Shown: positions 13,089 to 27,626 of the stretch, in pieces
How the letters are laid out: each line of letters starts with the position of its first letter
Numbering within the stretch: the first letter of the stretch is position 1
Origin: Laetmonice hystrix
Lineage: Eukaryota
Reading direction: 5' to 3'
DNA: 64,000 nucleotides
Assembly: GCA_965235115.1 (NCBI GenBank)
Contig: OZ249436.1
Location: forward strand, 36,952,001 to 37,016,000
The notes under the pieces: generated by a model
Seen by the model: the letters and a program-made list of their open reading frames with translations, nothing else
The model's database searches: none
What the model was told of the DNA's origin: nothing
Program-made: the position numbers and the translations under genes

Positions 13089-16000
13089 ATACCAATAACG
13101 CTGCCGTTGTTACGAAATCAGGATACGCTCCAGGGAACCCCCGCCTATGTTCAAATGAAAAACACCTTAAGTAAGAAGAACAGAATAATCCATCGGTGTT
13201 TATTTACCAACATATCTTCGCATTGTCGGCTCATAGCACATGCTCGCTGATCCAATCGAACGCGTGGAATTGGCCCATGAGCGACTTCTGCTTGAACAAA
13301 GGTCTCCTGAGCGACGTTTGCTTGAACAAAGGACCTCCATGAAATGGAGAACGGGTATCCCTCTGTGTTGAAGGATCCACGGAGCGGATTTCTGATAGTC
13401 GACCCTCGATGTAGTGGATACGTAATATAAGCCCGGGTCCACGTCATATTTACACTGCCGTCGATAATGTTTAGAATCAATCTTCTTAATGACTCACCCG
13501 ACGAGGAGAAGCCATTTCGAGATTGATTACCCGAGTGCTACGTATACAGGCCAATTTATCGCTGCTTCAAATGCAGGGGGACTATATGTAATGACATGCG
13601 ACAGCAATAATAGTGAAAAACACAATCCTTCTTAAAGGAAGTTGCATAACCTCGGCAAACAGAAAGGTCTCCATTTCCACCATTTCGCGTATCGTAACAC
13701 AGTCCATCGCCATTTTGAAAACACACTTTTTAAAAAGGTTCTTGGAAGTCCACACATTTGATGCATTAGTGTATGTAATGCACTATGTGTCTTTCTACAT
13801 AGGAGGTGCTGCGTATTTCCCTGAGAGCCGATAGGGGGCTCATCGCCACTATATGTACGATAGAGGTTATGCGGCAACGTTCAGTGGATGCGAAATATAT
13901 CTCAATTTTGTTAATGAGACATGGTTCGTCCGGTAACGGTGCAAGATAGGTGCATAGTTACTCTCAAACCTGAATAGAAAGTCCTATAATGATTTTTCAT
14001 GTGGCACTATTGGAGATGACGTAACGTGACGTACAAAGGACATATGACGTCACGAGTATACTCCTAGGGCTATATCTTTAAAATGGGGAACATAGTTACT
14101 ATTAATGTTAAAAAGGAACCCATGAGTTTCATTTGCAACCATATGTTATGACGTGTCAAGACGTAATTAGATCAAAATGGTTGTATCTCCGAAAATATGA
14201 GACATGTGTACAATTACCTTGGGAACTCAATTCTGGCAAGGAAACATGTCTCAAAATATCTGTTTGGGACCTTTTTCGCATTTGAGACATGTCTAGTTAC
14301 ATCAGGACACGCTTTGTCCTCACCGAATTAGGATACTGGAGCCAAATAATAAATTACTTCCCACTTTGAATCCTGCACCAATATTTCGCAGGCCACAACC
14401 CTATGCAATGAGGAAGCCTCTCAAGTGAACGCCTGCCAATCAATGAAACCTAGCAGACGACCATTCTACAGCAGGTGAGGTAAACCAGATCATGGACCGT
14501 TTAACCGGGGTTACTCGATATGTTCCTCTTGTCATTCGGCGTTATAAGTGTGGTGGCTTCATCTCCTGCATCGTCCCCTGTGCCATAGTTTCTCAGTCAT
14601 GTTCTGATTAGAAAATCCGCCACCAATAAGGCAACGGACGAATGAATCCCGCTTCCTATTCTACTTAAGCAATGATTTTCAGATGTAATATAATAATAAT
14701 AATGCCACAATTTGAAAGGGGGACAAAATCTTTGAAAGCGTACTTCTATAATACAAATGCGGTTGGTTGGTTAACACATTTCACATGCACAACCACATTA
14801 AAGAATCGTTTTTAACGGATATAAACAAACAGTCTCTTTAAACGGGTATAGCAAGTGATAAAACTGATATGCCTATGGCACTTTTCTCGTCTTCATCAAG
14901 TACAAGGTTCGAGCCAATGGTGGGACAGTCTTTTGATTAGATAAGAGTTTAAGAGGATAGCCGAGGGCACATGGGCGTCCTGGGCTGCCACATCCATTCC
15001 CATACGATCTGCAGCAGGTGCGTACAAGGTGCAAACCCACAATGCAACATTCGCCTGGCACTGCCCCCTATGGGAAATGGGTATTCGTCATTATCTTGTT
15101 CTTCAGCTGCGTTAACGTTTGGCAACACATCTAAAGGATTCGAAAAAGGGGTTCGCAGAAAATCAATGATTATACAATAAATTGGGGTTATGATCTGCTT
15201 GTACCTAGCCCCTGCCCTAGTGGTATAGAGTGATCTCGTTCTAAATATGGGTGTGGGTTTTCAAGAATCTTCCCAAATGAATAAATAATTCATGGGACAT
15301 ACTAAGGAACAAAAAACCGGGTGAAACTGTAAACATAGAATGTTAGATGCATACAACAACCTTTAAAAAAGAAGTACGGAATGTAATAACAGTACAGTAG
15401 GCAGCCTCATCGATGCCTCATAGGAGTCTGACATGCAGAAATATAATTTATAAAGCGAAATTCATTAATGAACATTTATCAAATGTACCTTATTAAGATA
15501 AAGCATTGTGAAATAATGGCATTGATGATAATGACGTCAAGAAGGCGAGAAAAGATGTTCATCCTACCCCTAACTTCCATGATCGGTTATCTGCATGCCG
15601 TCAAGTCCATTTCCTGACTTATGTTCACAGATTCAATGTCAGATAAAGCTAATTAATAAATTTACTAAACCAATAAAAACGGCGACTTGACTTGACAAGC
15701 AGCCTCGTTCTGAAGATCTCATACTTAATTCTTCACCAGATGGCATTGCCATCACCCATAACCTACCTTAGGTGGCATTCATATCACCAACTTAAGCACC
15801 TTCTCAAATAATAACAAATCTCATTATTGCATAATGTCCCATTTGTCCAGGAGCAGCCCTTCTGGTCGGAACCTGAGATGATGTTTACAGTCAGCGATCT
15901 GGTATGAGTACTTTACCAATAATAATAACAAGTTCCATACTCGACCTTTGACCCGTCACCATGATGTCTGCAGACTATTTACCATTCCCAATGAAGAGCA

Positions 16001-16182
16001 GCAGAATGTGTGTCGTGTTTATCTAGAAATGTTAAAACATCCGACCACGCTGCTTACAAAACATGATTACTCGTATACCAGTCTTTGCCGGGATACGCCT
16101 ATTTTCTCCCATTATCAGTTTAAAACTTACGTGCACGCAAACAATCCTTAATAAATACCGAGTGTATGTAATAGCTAGTTCT

Positions 16183-16237
<55 letters not shown>

Positions 16238-17658
16238 GTCAGACCAGACGGACTGACAGAGGCAGATACAGAGACAGAGAGCCAGAAACAGAGAGAGAGC
16301 AACAGAGACAGATAGAGAGAGATAGAGAGAGACAGATAGAGAGACGTGGATGGATAATCTCTAACCCGTAGCTTTATCGGTAACCATGTATAGAAAATGT
16401 ACCAAATATAATAGGCACGTTGGAACCTTGGTTCAACGGATTTTATGCAGGAGAACTCCCCTACTCCCTAGAGTCCCATTAGAGACTCATCATCCTTGGT
16501 TTTCCTGCATCCCGCTAGAGGGCGACAGGTTCATTATCCTAATTCCCCCAGAATTCCGTTCTCTTAATCAGGTCACTCTCCCATTATACCTTCTCATCCT
16601 AAATTCAACCCAGACAGTGCAGCGTGGGCTCACTGTCCTACTTACCTCCGGTATTCCACTATATAACATCACTTATGTAAATTCAAGTTAATAAATGTGT
16701 CATCACTTAACAACAATAACTTGTCCGAGTTCTGCCTGCATAAATGTAGATAATAACGACCCCTCACATAGCATTTTGACCCCCACTTCGCCTGGCGAAG
16801 GACCTGGCGCCTGGCGAACAATTCTGTAAAATTTCAATGTCCGTTGAGTAATATCTGGATAATAAGGTTATTATAGGACTCCAAAAATATAAAATGTGAC
16901 ATCAGTCCAATAGTACCAGTTATTGACTATGAAATGGTTCCTTTTCAGACTGATATCCATTGACAGTCTGTCATCGTTTTGGTGACAGGAAACCATCAAC
17001 TAACATGACTGCCGTTTGTTGAACCAATAAAAAAATAATAAACTATTCATATCTAAGTTGTGTTCCCACATCTGATATTATATTCGTACTCGAGCATGTG
17101 ACAGCTGCATGCAATAGTGCGGGTACCTATATTAAAATGGACCCTTACAATCTGACTGTCAGCGGCATCTACATTTACCTCAACCTGAAATCACTCATGA
17201 GCGGTTAAATTTAATCTAGATTCTACTCAGTTTGTTGTGTTGTTTGTTTCTTATAATACGCTTTGCTGCCTGAAATTAGTTAAATGAAATACCGGTTATA
17301 AAAACAACAAAGTATAGTTTGTAAATAAAACAATAAATTGTAGTTTGTAAATATAATAAACAAAAGTGAAAACAGCACATTCTGAGATACATGGAGCCAT
17401 ATATTATTAATGACTGAAGCAACTTGTATCAACAAAAGATGTGGGGATCAGTTAGATTTGTAGGGGTTGTGCTATATGTCAGTTGTATGTTCTAATGCTT
17501 ATATGTTTGGCCACTCCTGATGCATTTAAAAGGTGCAAACAAAGCCCAACTTAAAACTCAACCGGGACAGAAAATAACAAGTAGGGGGTTGCTTAAATGT
17601 TACAGAAAAAAATTAGACATTTCCCTTCATAATATCAAATATGATTGCATTTGTAGAT

Positions 17659-18296
17659 ACTTTAATCCCCCACTTACCTGTCCTATTCCCGAAGTGTCCG
17701 AAAATTGTCTAAGTCCATAAAGGTACTAGGGCCTACACTAGTCGGGGGTAACAACCGATAACAGAACAGCCCTATCAAAACCAGGTCGTGTGTCTGTCAC
17801 ATTTTGAATAGGGCATGAATAAGGCTCATTCGAAATTCGAAATTAAAACAGCCAATCCAAAACCCCCTTACGTGTTGCTGACTTGCTGACCAATGACCAA
17901 TGAGATACGCCCATTTAGTTCTAAAATAACAGGATCTCGTCGCAATAGGCCCTACCCTCCGACTAATGAAATCATTGCTAACAACCTTTTATTTATAAGG
18001 GGAAATGTTAACTGGAGAATAAAATTGTTCAATTGGGACATGGAGTCTGACATACTGGGACATGGCGCCCAGGGAACATGGAGCCTCTCGCCCGTTGAGG
18101 GGTGTCATATAACATGATGTACTAGGTCTCTATCATATCAGACGTTCCGTAGCATGCCGAGCTGCTGCTTCAGTATTTCAGACGGTCCCATGGCTGTTCC
18201 ATCCATTGCTCTCCGACCCATTCAGTATTAGAGGGATTTCTGGACTTTGAAATTGTATGCGCTAGGTAATAGGACAGGTAAGTGGGGAATTAAAGT
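17659..18296. mobile_element. MITE-like element, 638 bp
   Basis: 29-bp inverted repeat actttaat(c/t)ccccacttacctgtcctatt at 17659-17687 and 18268-18296, with 1 mismatch. Confidence 0.65.
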
Positions 18297-18429
18297 GTTA
18301 TGGATCTTATAAACATGTGGTATTGACGAAGAAAACATTCTGTTGACGGAAAACAGTGATGTTCGTAACCTGCCTCATATTTCAAACGGATTTATTACAA
18401 AATCCTTTGCTTCGGTTCCCAATTACTGC

Positions 18430-18580
18430 GAGTGAGTGAGTGAGTGAGTAGTTGGTGTTTAACGCCCAGTCAGCAGTATTTCAGCTATTTCAGGGCGAGA
18501 ACAAGGTAACTAACTCAGTCGGTGAAATCCATTGGGTGATAATGAGATGATAGGAGGAAACCTGGCATCGGGGCGAACCC
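18430..18580 (-). mobile_element. SINE 3' end with (GAGT)n tail
   Basis: gagtgagtgagt..ggtgtttaacgcc..cagtatttcagctattt. Similar tails at 23405-23470 and 31620-31690. Confidence 0.5.
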
Positions 18581-20299
18581 CTACTCTTCCCAATTACTGC
18601 CCAACAGTGCCAGGAAAAGATTACTTAAAATGTAATTCGTTAGTTTTATATTTCATCATCAGATTTTATCCTAAAGTTGCGGCAGCAGCCACGTCACATG
18701 CTGCTGTACTGCGTTTGAGAAAGTATAACGTTTTGACTTTGACAACAATCCCCTTTCTAATTATTTTCTTTTTCTTCTCGGGACTAAAGGCAAATGCATC
18801 ATTTTCGATAAGAAAGTTGGCTGAAACCTACTGAGACTGATTTGGCTGATGCTGATGCAGTGTATCTTCTTACAATTCTATAGAATATGTTTTCTGTTTC
18901 GACAGTCTAGATTCGTGGCACGTTAATATTTTAGGACTCATGCCATTACAGTGATGTGAGAAACACGGTCTAATACATACATTTGGCCAAGGATATTACA
19001 AACTAATGCTTCAATATCTCCAGGCCTCGAATCAAGCTATGTCTGTTATAGCAAAAGCGGCTTTCATCTTAAATGCAATATGCCTATAGTTCCTGAACAG
19101 GTTGTTTTTGTCTTTTTCCTTCGGAGTTCCCGGTTTGCTGTCTTCTTTTCAGATAATGCGTAGCAGATCTTGTGTGACAAGCGACTTTTTTCATATCAGG
19201 CAGCACGGATATCGTCGAAGTACGATGACTATGTGGATTTCACAAATGCCGCCCGAGACTGAGACAATCAGTTGTGTGAAAGGCGGCGTGAAAGCTAATT
19301 ACATAACGGATAAGGAGTTCTTTACAATGTCGGGATAAGATCAATTAGCAGAATATAAAATTGATTGTGATTTCATTAGAACTATGTTTGCTCACCTAAA
19401 CAGTGTTTGAATTGTGCGTGTGTCAAAGCTGAAATTGGCAAATTACTGAGAGAAATTGCTCATATCCTTGGTCCTAATCAGTGAACAAGGGAGCCATGAA
19501 CAGACTTGTCGTGAAACAATACATACTCGATGGAAGGTAGAGTAATTAGGTTAATTTTCACAGTTTCAGAACTCTGCAAACACTTTCTCGACACAAGAAG
19601 GCATTCAGAAGATTTGTTTTTTTCCTTACCGTGATGGTTATAACTGTAGGTTCCTTCAATACGAAGTCATATATAACAATCGTGATATTATTGTATACTG
19701 TCTTCATTCTCTGCATCGACCTGCCTGGTCGTTTCATGAAACCAACTAGCAATATACTCAGACAATAATTATTACCTACCTGTTACCGTGACGTCATAAC
19801 TGACATATGACTGAAAAACTAACCGATTGCAGTCCTATAACAAACAGCTATGTATATGAAAACATGCTTTTATGAACTAGTTGTTTTTTAAATAGCCGAT
19901 CGAGTATAGAACTCTCTCAGTTTCTGACTGGCAATCAATATTCGTTTCCTGTTTCCAGGAGGTCTGATATAACCCTTAATTGGGTAGTAATGGGTCTGTC
20001 CGAATACGTGCACTGCAGATCACAACACATTATCAATGGCACGAGAAACTCCAACACCATTGTAGAATATATGATTCTACTAGCATTATTATATGCCATT
20101 ATGAATGTGATTCCATAAAAGATGAATTGGTTCATCCCCTGAAGGTTCGGGCATGGATAACCTGACTGATTCTCGATGTAAACATATATGACCCCATGAT
20201 ATTACCCATATATAGTTATATTTAACTAATGGTTCGATTTAAATTATCCCCGCCTCGGCGGACAACATACCATACTTGTACTTAGAGGCAGTTAGAGGC

Positions 20300-20520
20300 T
20301 CAGCTCGACGGCAAGTTCAGGCTGGGCATTTCCGTGGTTCCAATTCTCACCCGCGTTGTACTCCCGACAGGTTTATCAAAAGCCGGGCGTGTAACACTAC
20401 GTCTAGAGTTAAACACCTTGCCACGTATCCAAGAGAATCGACTAGTGCCCCGTCGTGCGGCTTATTCCTTATCACAATAATCACTATCATCCCCACCCCA
20501 AGTGGACTTAATAAATGAAA
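20300..20520 (+). mobile_element. Old SINE-like copy
   Basis: gacaggtttatcaaaagccgggcgtgtaac core, followed by an atcatc/aataaa-type tail. Confidence 0.4.
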
Positions 20521-22299
20521 AACCGAATTGTTTTTCTCCTGAAGATGGTCAACAGCTGTCGTCAAGATGTTAAATCGGCAATCCACCGTTATGGTACTCC
20601 CATGTTGCGCTGTGGTTCTTGCAACAGGGACTTGGAAAGCCCTTAAAGAACATCCGCCAGCATCACATATCCCGTCGGCTTGCCAATGAGTACTTGGACA
20701 GGCACACATTATCCAGTATTTGCACCTGATGCGGCAAAAATTACTTTCACCAAAGGACGGATCTATTCCATCGCATAAAAAAGATTTCGGAGGCGGAAAA
20801 GGAGGTTTAAGAGATTTCTGTAAGGACACGTTTTTATGGCTTAATGTCTGATCATTAGACGGACTTGTCTGTCTGTGCACCCAGCGATTATCCATGTGCA
20901 CTCCTCACATGCAAATGGATGCGACTTCTTTTTCTATTCATGAACCAGAGCTCGTTACAGGCATTAAGCCTTCACGTCCCATTCACCAAACTGGGTATAG
21001 GGACTGAGTATAGAGGCTGAGGGTTAATTTTACAGTTCTCGGTTGGAATCTCTTTATGGTCTTTTTATGAACTTGATGAGATAAAGGAAGGGCCATCCCC
21101 ACGCACATCACTGCAAGTGATGCCAATTTGTCTGGAAGATTATAATAAGTGTACGTTATATCACAATATTATGGCCCATTATCCAAAAACTTCGGTATTT
21201 TTAGTTATGTTCCGATGGGTTAGTACACATTTATGATTACTTTGATGCGATAGAAATAACTTAATCCCATATTACAGGAAGAAACCTATAGATGAACATT
21301 TCTGGATAAATCCAAAAAGTGTTTTACATAATGAGGACAAGCGTGCATGCGGCTTAATATTACCCAAAGACAACGGCGCCACACTTTAACCAAAGGAAGC
21401 AAGTTACTATTACCTTTTTTTAAATGCAAGAAAGCTTGGCTGGACTGCTGGACCGGGGTAACTCAATTGAGCCCCATTACTATGCACAAATTTAATAATT
21501 ATAAGTATATTTACACACGTGAGTATTCTACTTACGGTACGTGTACTTGCCATTAAAACGGAGTTGCATACATGAGTTTGAATTTAAGTAAAAGTAAGTT
21601 TACATGACTTCAGGAGGCGTTTAAATTATATTTGCAGGTAAGTATGTCAAAAATAGCCATATTTAGCCAGACATCCCGTTATATATATTTTTAATGTTAA
21701 TCATGTTAGTTTACATGTGAATATTCTACACAAAGAATTATACTCCATAATATTAAATAAAAAAAAGATAAGTAAAGTTATGCATGTGAATGGGGCGTTA
21801 GTTGTTTCCTATCCTCAAAGTTATGCAGAGCGGCTCCAGCAAAGGACAAAAGTTGAGACTGAGGTACTCATACTGCGAAGGACGTAGGTGTTGTATTTGA
21901 ATTAGCTGTCGACAGCTTTCAATTCACGTTGGAGACAAGTAGTGACCCATGGCGGACTGGCGCACGTGTCAAATTGTGAGAGTTGCATGAGGTGATGCAC
22001 TCTGGACGGGAGAGATAGCCATTTCTTAATGAATTAGGAACAGTTTCTGCCCTGGATGTCTCCTCAGCCAGCAAGCAATCCATCATGTTCCTGCTCCCAG
22101 TAACTCCCAATAAACGTGCGTCTTGCCAAGAAGGATGCCGATAACCGATCAGAACGCCATTTACTTTTTTTTCGAATGGCTACTACATATATGTTTTATA
22201 ATTCGAAAACAAAACCAAGATAACCAAGACTAGATATCTCATCCAAATCTCGTTGATCAATATAAATATATGGGGCGAACGTAGAGTAGAGATCCTCAG

Positions 22300-22520
22300 C
22301 TGTAGTCATGGCAGAAGAGGCGACGATTGGGGTGAAGGTTTGAGCCAAAGTCGTCGGATTGCCGAATCTTAAGTATGTGTCACGACTTTGCGCCCCTTCT
22401 TTATTTGGGCTTTCCCAGTGTTCCGCAACTGGGTCGTCAAAGGCTTTGGTATGTCGCGAGGATAGTATGCCGGACGGGGCATAGAGAGGAACAGTAGCTC
22501 TTTCTTCGGTAAGAATAGAA
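22300..22520 (+). mobile_element. SINE fragment related to 7545-7745
   Basis: cccagtgttccgcaactgggtcgtcaaaggctttggtatgtc is shared with the 7.5 kb copy. Confidence 0.6.
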
Positions 22521-24617
22521 CATACCCTCTCGGTGGTAGATTAAGATAATTATAATTATAAATCACTTCATTCTCGTCATTCACTAAGCACAAGCGGGGT
22601 CAGGGGAATTTCTCATAATCGAAGCTTTCGGCTGTTTAAAGAAATAATTGTAAAAAATGAGCTGAGAATCAATTTACTGCCGTGAACATTGCTCCTGATA
22701 GATAATATTAGACCAATAGGAATTTTAGTGTTATTAGTCCTATCCACTGGATTTTGACCCAATCTACCCCTACGTTGCCGCGAATGTCTATACAGACATG
22801 TCTAATTTAACGAGCTCCACCGGAACCATGTCTTAGCAACATCAGGAACACCACCGCACAAACAGGTCCCTAATCCTGCCCAGGTGACGCTTATTAGAGA
22901 CACATATTTTGTGAGGTCAAGAACTCGGAGGGACTCTCATTAACACTCTGGGACAAGACAGCCAAACATTTTAACCTTATACCAAGAATAATATTGTATC
23001 ATAACATTGAGTTATTTTTGGCACTGTCAAGGAACCTTGCAATGGGAGAGTATGCGGCGCCGCAGCTAATGCCACGTCTCATTCATTACCCCTCTCATAA
23101 TATAAGTTTTACTTCGCATATTAAGGAACTGCTCCGAGAGGTGGTCCAAGAAAAAAAGTGGATATTATTTCGGTCCCACGAAATAAGTTCGTTACAACAA
23201 TTACTTTCAATATCATGAATTCCTGGATATCTCCAAATGCACAAGATGATATTATGGGGGAAGACATAATACATTTTTTTAATGAATTATTTTCGCATAT
23301 TTCATTTGAATAAAATGGGTTTGATACATCAAAATATCACAATTGATTCTGTTATAACGAAATAGTTTCAAGGGAATGTAATAACATATAGATGTTGACA
23401 ATTATGTGAGTGAGTGAATTGGGTTTTACGGTCGAGAATATTGCAGTGATATTCCGGGCGGTAGGAACCATTTCATTCAGTCAATGGACCTATTTTAACC
23501 CTCGAGTCCCAGGGGCTGGCGGATGACGATGTTGGGAAAGATTACCAAAGGGACTGGTCGATCCTCATCACATTCCAGAAACTTTTAACCTTTGACGGGG
23601 ATAATCTATCTCCTGACTCACGATCTTGAATTTGAGGGGTCAGCCAAGCCGACATGGACAACAGCTCTAGTCGGCTCAAATATTAAGCCTACGTATAAGC
23701 TCAAACGCGTAATAATATCAAATCAGTCGCGCGGTCTTAAGGCACGTGTTTAGTGATTAGGAAGTAACTCCAGCAGACCATTCGGACGGTGTACTTTCTC
23801 GCCAGTACACCCTCATGATTTCAGGCGCGTAAGAAAACTATAAATCACTTGTGTGCCACTGTTTTCGGATGAGGCAGTCCCTGCTCGCGACACCATTAGA
23901 GCCACTTTGTAGCTCTCCTGTTTGTCTGTCTGTACTGATCACTTAACGGCTGTAGTAAAACCCGACACACCTGCGCACATTTCAGGGACGCTCTGACGGA
24001 GGGCTGAGGATGATTGTTTCCCACCAAACCACTCACTTTCAAACATGAGTACTTACTCAAAGCGTCTCATTTCTTTCATGTCAACTGCACGGAGGCACAA
24101 ATATTTGCTCCATTAGATAAAAACAACTTTTACGTTTATGCATGCGTTGGCTAACGGATCGAGGAAACACAACGGGTAGAACCAAGGTTGTGGGGTTTCT
24201 CGAGAGGATTATTAAAAGGTCGTTTGCTAAATATGCGTTTAACTAACCATGTGCATATTAAATAATCACCAATTTATTATTGTGTATGCTGAGCTGCTGG
24301 ACCACACTGGACCACACTTAAAGGGACACGTATTCAAAAGATCCAAAGTCAGGGATTTACCGTACTCATTCACAGTATGCCAAACATATACATGTATATT
24401 ACAGGTTTCAACATAATGTGCATTATGTGCGGTGACAGGCCATTCAGTCCCGGATATTAACCCCCCAAGACATTTACCACCCACACCTTAACACCAACGA
24501 TGGTAAAAGAATATGCAGTTAAATTATATATCAATTTTACTTTCTACCATTTCCTCCGACCTCCCGAGCTTCCAACGATCGGAGGTAAATCGGGGGTCAG
24601 GTCGGAGCGTTCTCGGT

Positions 24618-25143
24618 GAAAAGTCTGACACTGGGTAAGGTCAAATCTAAGAGTTAAATGAGTGTTAACGCTAGGTATTAAGAAAGTGTTCTATAAATCG
24701 AAAATTTGACCTCGTCCTGGGTGTTTACTTAACACTGAGTTAACACTGTCTCAACAACGTGTTAACACCTAAAACACACCTTGTAAACACCTAGATAACT
24801 CAGGTGTCCCCTTAATCTCAGTAAGGTCCCAGGTGTCTTTGCAATTACCATAGAAAACCTATACCTAAAGTGTTAACCGCCTGTGGGTTAACACCTGAGA
24901 CAGGTCAAAACTCAGAGTCAAGCTTATTCCTTATTCCACTGGTAGGATTGGCGAGCAGGTGTGACTGATGTGTCAGGTAAGTGTTACCTGAGTTTTATCA
25001 AAGTATTAACTGGGTGTTGTCAAAATGTTAACTGGAGCCCGGTGTTAAAGGTTCAGGTTAACACTTTTTCCTGAGATAACACCTGGATAATCCAGGCGTA
25101 TAGTTAACTCTCATATTTGACCTCACCCATTGTCAGACTTTCC
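24618..25143. mobile_element. MITE, about 525 bp, with internal GTTAACAC repeats
   Basis: 40-bp inverted repeats at 24618-24657 and 25104-25143 (gaaaagtctgacactgggtaaggtcaaatctaagagttaa), with about 5 mismatches. Confidence 0.75.
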
Positions 25144-25184
25144 TCGGACTCACCGACCCTCCGATATTGCTCCGACCATCATTA

Positions 25185-25295
25185 TCACACGGCACGACCT
25201 TGTGCTCACACGGTCCGATAGTTGGTCCGATCTGTCTCCGATGTCGGGCGGTCGGAGGATAGGAACGAAATATCGTGCCGTGTGACACCAGCTTA
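25185..25295. mobile_element. Short Harbinger-like MITE fragment
   Basis: tcacacggcacga (25185-25197) pairs with tcgtgccgtgtga (25273-25285). It ends gtgtgacaccagc+tta. Confidence 0.5.
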
Positions 25296-25568
25296 AGACT
25301 TTAAGGAGAAGGAAGAGCCCATGATTTCCTAGATCTTTGGCAGTATATACATTTAATTTCAAACAGCATTTAACAAAAATGAACATGATCATTTTAGAGC
25401 AACCCCTGAAAATTCGATATTTTTTATCTATGGGACAATCATTCGCCCGCTACCAAAATATCCCGGCCTATATAGCTACACCTCTGGCGTGGCAGATATA
25501 GGAAGCCTGCTTCTAGAACTGAACCAAATCACTTGTAAGAACACGTCTATAAACTTGCATGCATGCCG

Positions 25569-25760
25569 ACGATTTAGTATGTCGTTATTACGACTTAGTA
25601 TGTCATTATTACTACTTAGTGTGTCGTTATTACGATTTAGTGTGTCGTTATTACTTAAAAGTGTGTCGTTAGTGTGTCGTTATTACGACTTAGTACATGT
25701 CGTTATTATGACATAGCATCTCGTTATTACAACTTAGTATGTGTTATTACCACTTAGTAT
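25569..25760. repeat. About 21-bp tandem repeat running into an assembly gap
   Basis: Variants of gtgtcgttattacgacttagt repeated up to the N run. Confidence 0.9.
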
Positions 25761-25967
25761 NNNNNNNNNNNNNNNNNNNNNNNNNNNNNNNNNNNNNNNN
25801 NNNNNNNNNNNNNNNNNNNNNNNNNNNNNNNNNNNNNNNNNNNNNNNNNNNNNNNNNNNNNNNNNNNNNNNNNNNNNNNNNNNNNNNNNNNNNNNNNNNN
25901 NNNNNNNNNNNNNNNNNNNNNNNNNNNNNNNNNNNNNNNNNNNNNNNNNNNNNNNNNNNNNNNNNNN
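25761..25967. other. Assembly gap (207 N)
   Basis: N run. Confidence 1.
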
Positions 25968-26719
25968 ATACAAGAGTAGAACGCGTCACCTGTGATTGCG
26001 CCATGACAGGCTGGTGACCTGATTCTTACTCGCTGTTTGATTGGTCAGCGCATTAGGTACGCACTTGATCTTCCCCAATCGCAGGTGATCGCACGACCAC
26101 GCGTACCACCAATCGTACGATGACCAACCACCAATGCGACCGTAAATGGAGATCGTAGCAAACATTGCCGATTGGTCGTACCTAGGCCAATTCGCCACCA
26201 ATCGTACGATCCAGAGATATCGTACCATCCGGTGGGGCTGAGGTTTAAAGTCGTGCTCCCACTGTACGATTATTTCATAATTGGTCGTGCTATCATTGAA
26301 ATATCAATGTAGGCCTATTTAATTCAACTGGCTGGCTTGGCACTATAATTATGAATTTGACAGAGCATAGGGGACTATTGTTTTCAGTTTTTTAGAGGGA
26401 CTTTCCAGATACAGATTTAGGTTTGGTGGTTATTCCCCCATGATAAGTTCCCCACATTTTTTAGGCAGGGGTTTGGGTTAAAGGTAGCGTTGGATAGGGG
26501 TATTTTTGGGGGAGGTGTAGAGACCGGGGTTAGGGGTTAGGGATAAAGTTAGGGCTATGGATCTTTACTTTCGACCAAATTTCGTGGGGGTTATCACGGG
26601 CGATGTACCCTTTTGTGGGCCTTCCAAGGGTACCTAGCCCTGGTAATGAAGGTTTTTGGTACGGTATGGTATGAGGGCAAAAATTCCCTCTATAAATCGT
26701 TTTTTGTGTGTGTAACACC

Positions 26720-26960
26720 TCCGTTGTGTTACAGCTGTTGGGTTGAAAATATGGGTTAAAAACCATGGAATAACCTAACAAGTTGGGTTGATATCAACTA
26801 TCGATGTTGTGTTGGGGATCTCCAGTTATCTTAATCCATTGTTGGTCATTTGGTAACCCGACAATAGTGTTACAGCTGTTGGGTTGAAAATTTTGGTTAA
26901 AAATATAAAATATTCCAACGATTTGGGTTGATATAAACTATGGACATTGGGTTGGAGCAG
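26720..26960. repeat. About 140-bp direct duplication within a TTGGGTT/AACCCAA-rich element
   Basis: gtgttacagctgttgggttgaaaat..ttgggttgatat.aactat occurs at about 26725 and 26867. A related motif-rich block is at 27435-27590. Confidence 0.7.
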
Positions 26961-27626
26961 CTGTATCTCTTATCTTGACCCATCGTTTAGTTATTTTCTG
27001 TCAAAATTTTGACGAGTGACATTACTTTTTGAAATTCTTATAACTTCATTCTACAGCTAAGTGATAGTTATATGGGCAAAAATGAGGACTTCTCTTTCGT
27101 TTGGCGTGAAGGCAGTTCATTCTTGCGGCAGTATCAGCACACTCACTGCAAAGGACAGGTCTATGAAAGGACTAATATAACTAATACAATTTCGTGGTAC
27201 ATTGGCAAGATGCATGATTCGTAATCCTAAGGTTGTGAGTTTGAAATCCGATGAAAATTTCCTAAGATAAAATAATAATTTAAAAATTAAAAAAGGTCCA
27301 AGTAGATGATAACTTGTGGAATTAATACCTCAGGCTTGTAAATGAGCACCTGAAAAAAAACTTTTTATTGGGGGATCCTGAACCCTACACGGGAAACCCA
27401 CCGCCTGATTTTGATCCACTAATCTGAGGGTGAAAAGCGTAACCCAACACCCAGTTAACCTATCATATTGGGTTAAATTCCACCCAAAATTGGGCTATAT
27501 TTTAACCCAATTTTTGGGTTCCGACCCCAACCCAACAAGGTTGGGTAAAACTTACCCAATGTTGGATGGGTGCATTATAGTTGGGTTATGAATTCGTTTT
27601 CGTCTCCTGTATTCTTTATTCTGTGG

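Noticed and set aside
16387-16768. Possible solo LTR (TGTA...CCTCACA with AATAAA)
   Set aside because: No target-site duplication or second copy in the window; boundaries are ambiguous.
20347-20901. 184-aa minus ORF with an Ig-like GSTITVDCRF segment
   Set aside because: No downstream Trp or second Cys at Ig spacing, and part of the ORF overlaps a SINE.
25734-26017. ORFs spanning N runs (also 30018-30439 and 63395-63710)
   Set aside because: Artefacts of translating assembly gaps.
26520-26560. TTAGGG-like hexamers suggesting interstitial telomere sequence
   Set aside because: Only about three degenerate units within a G-rich interspersed repeat.
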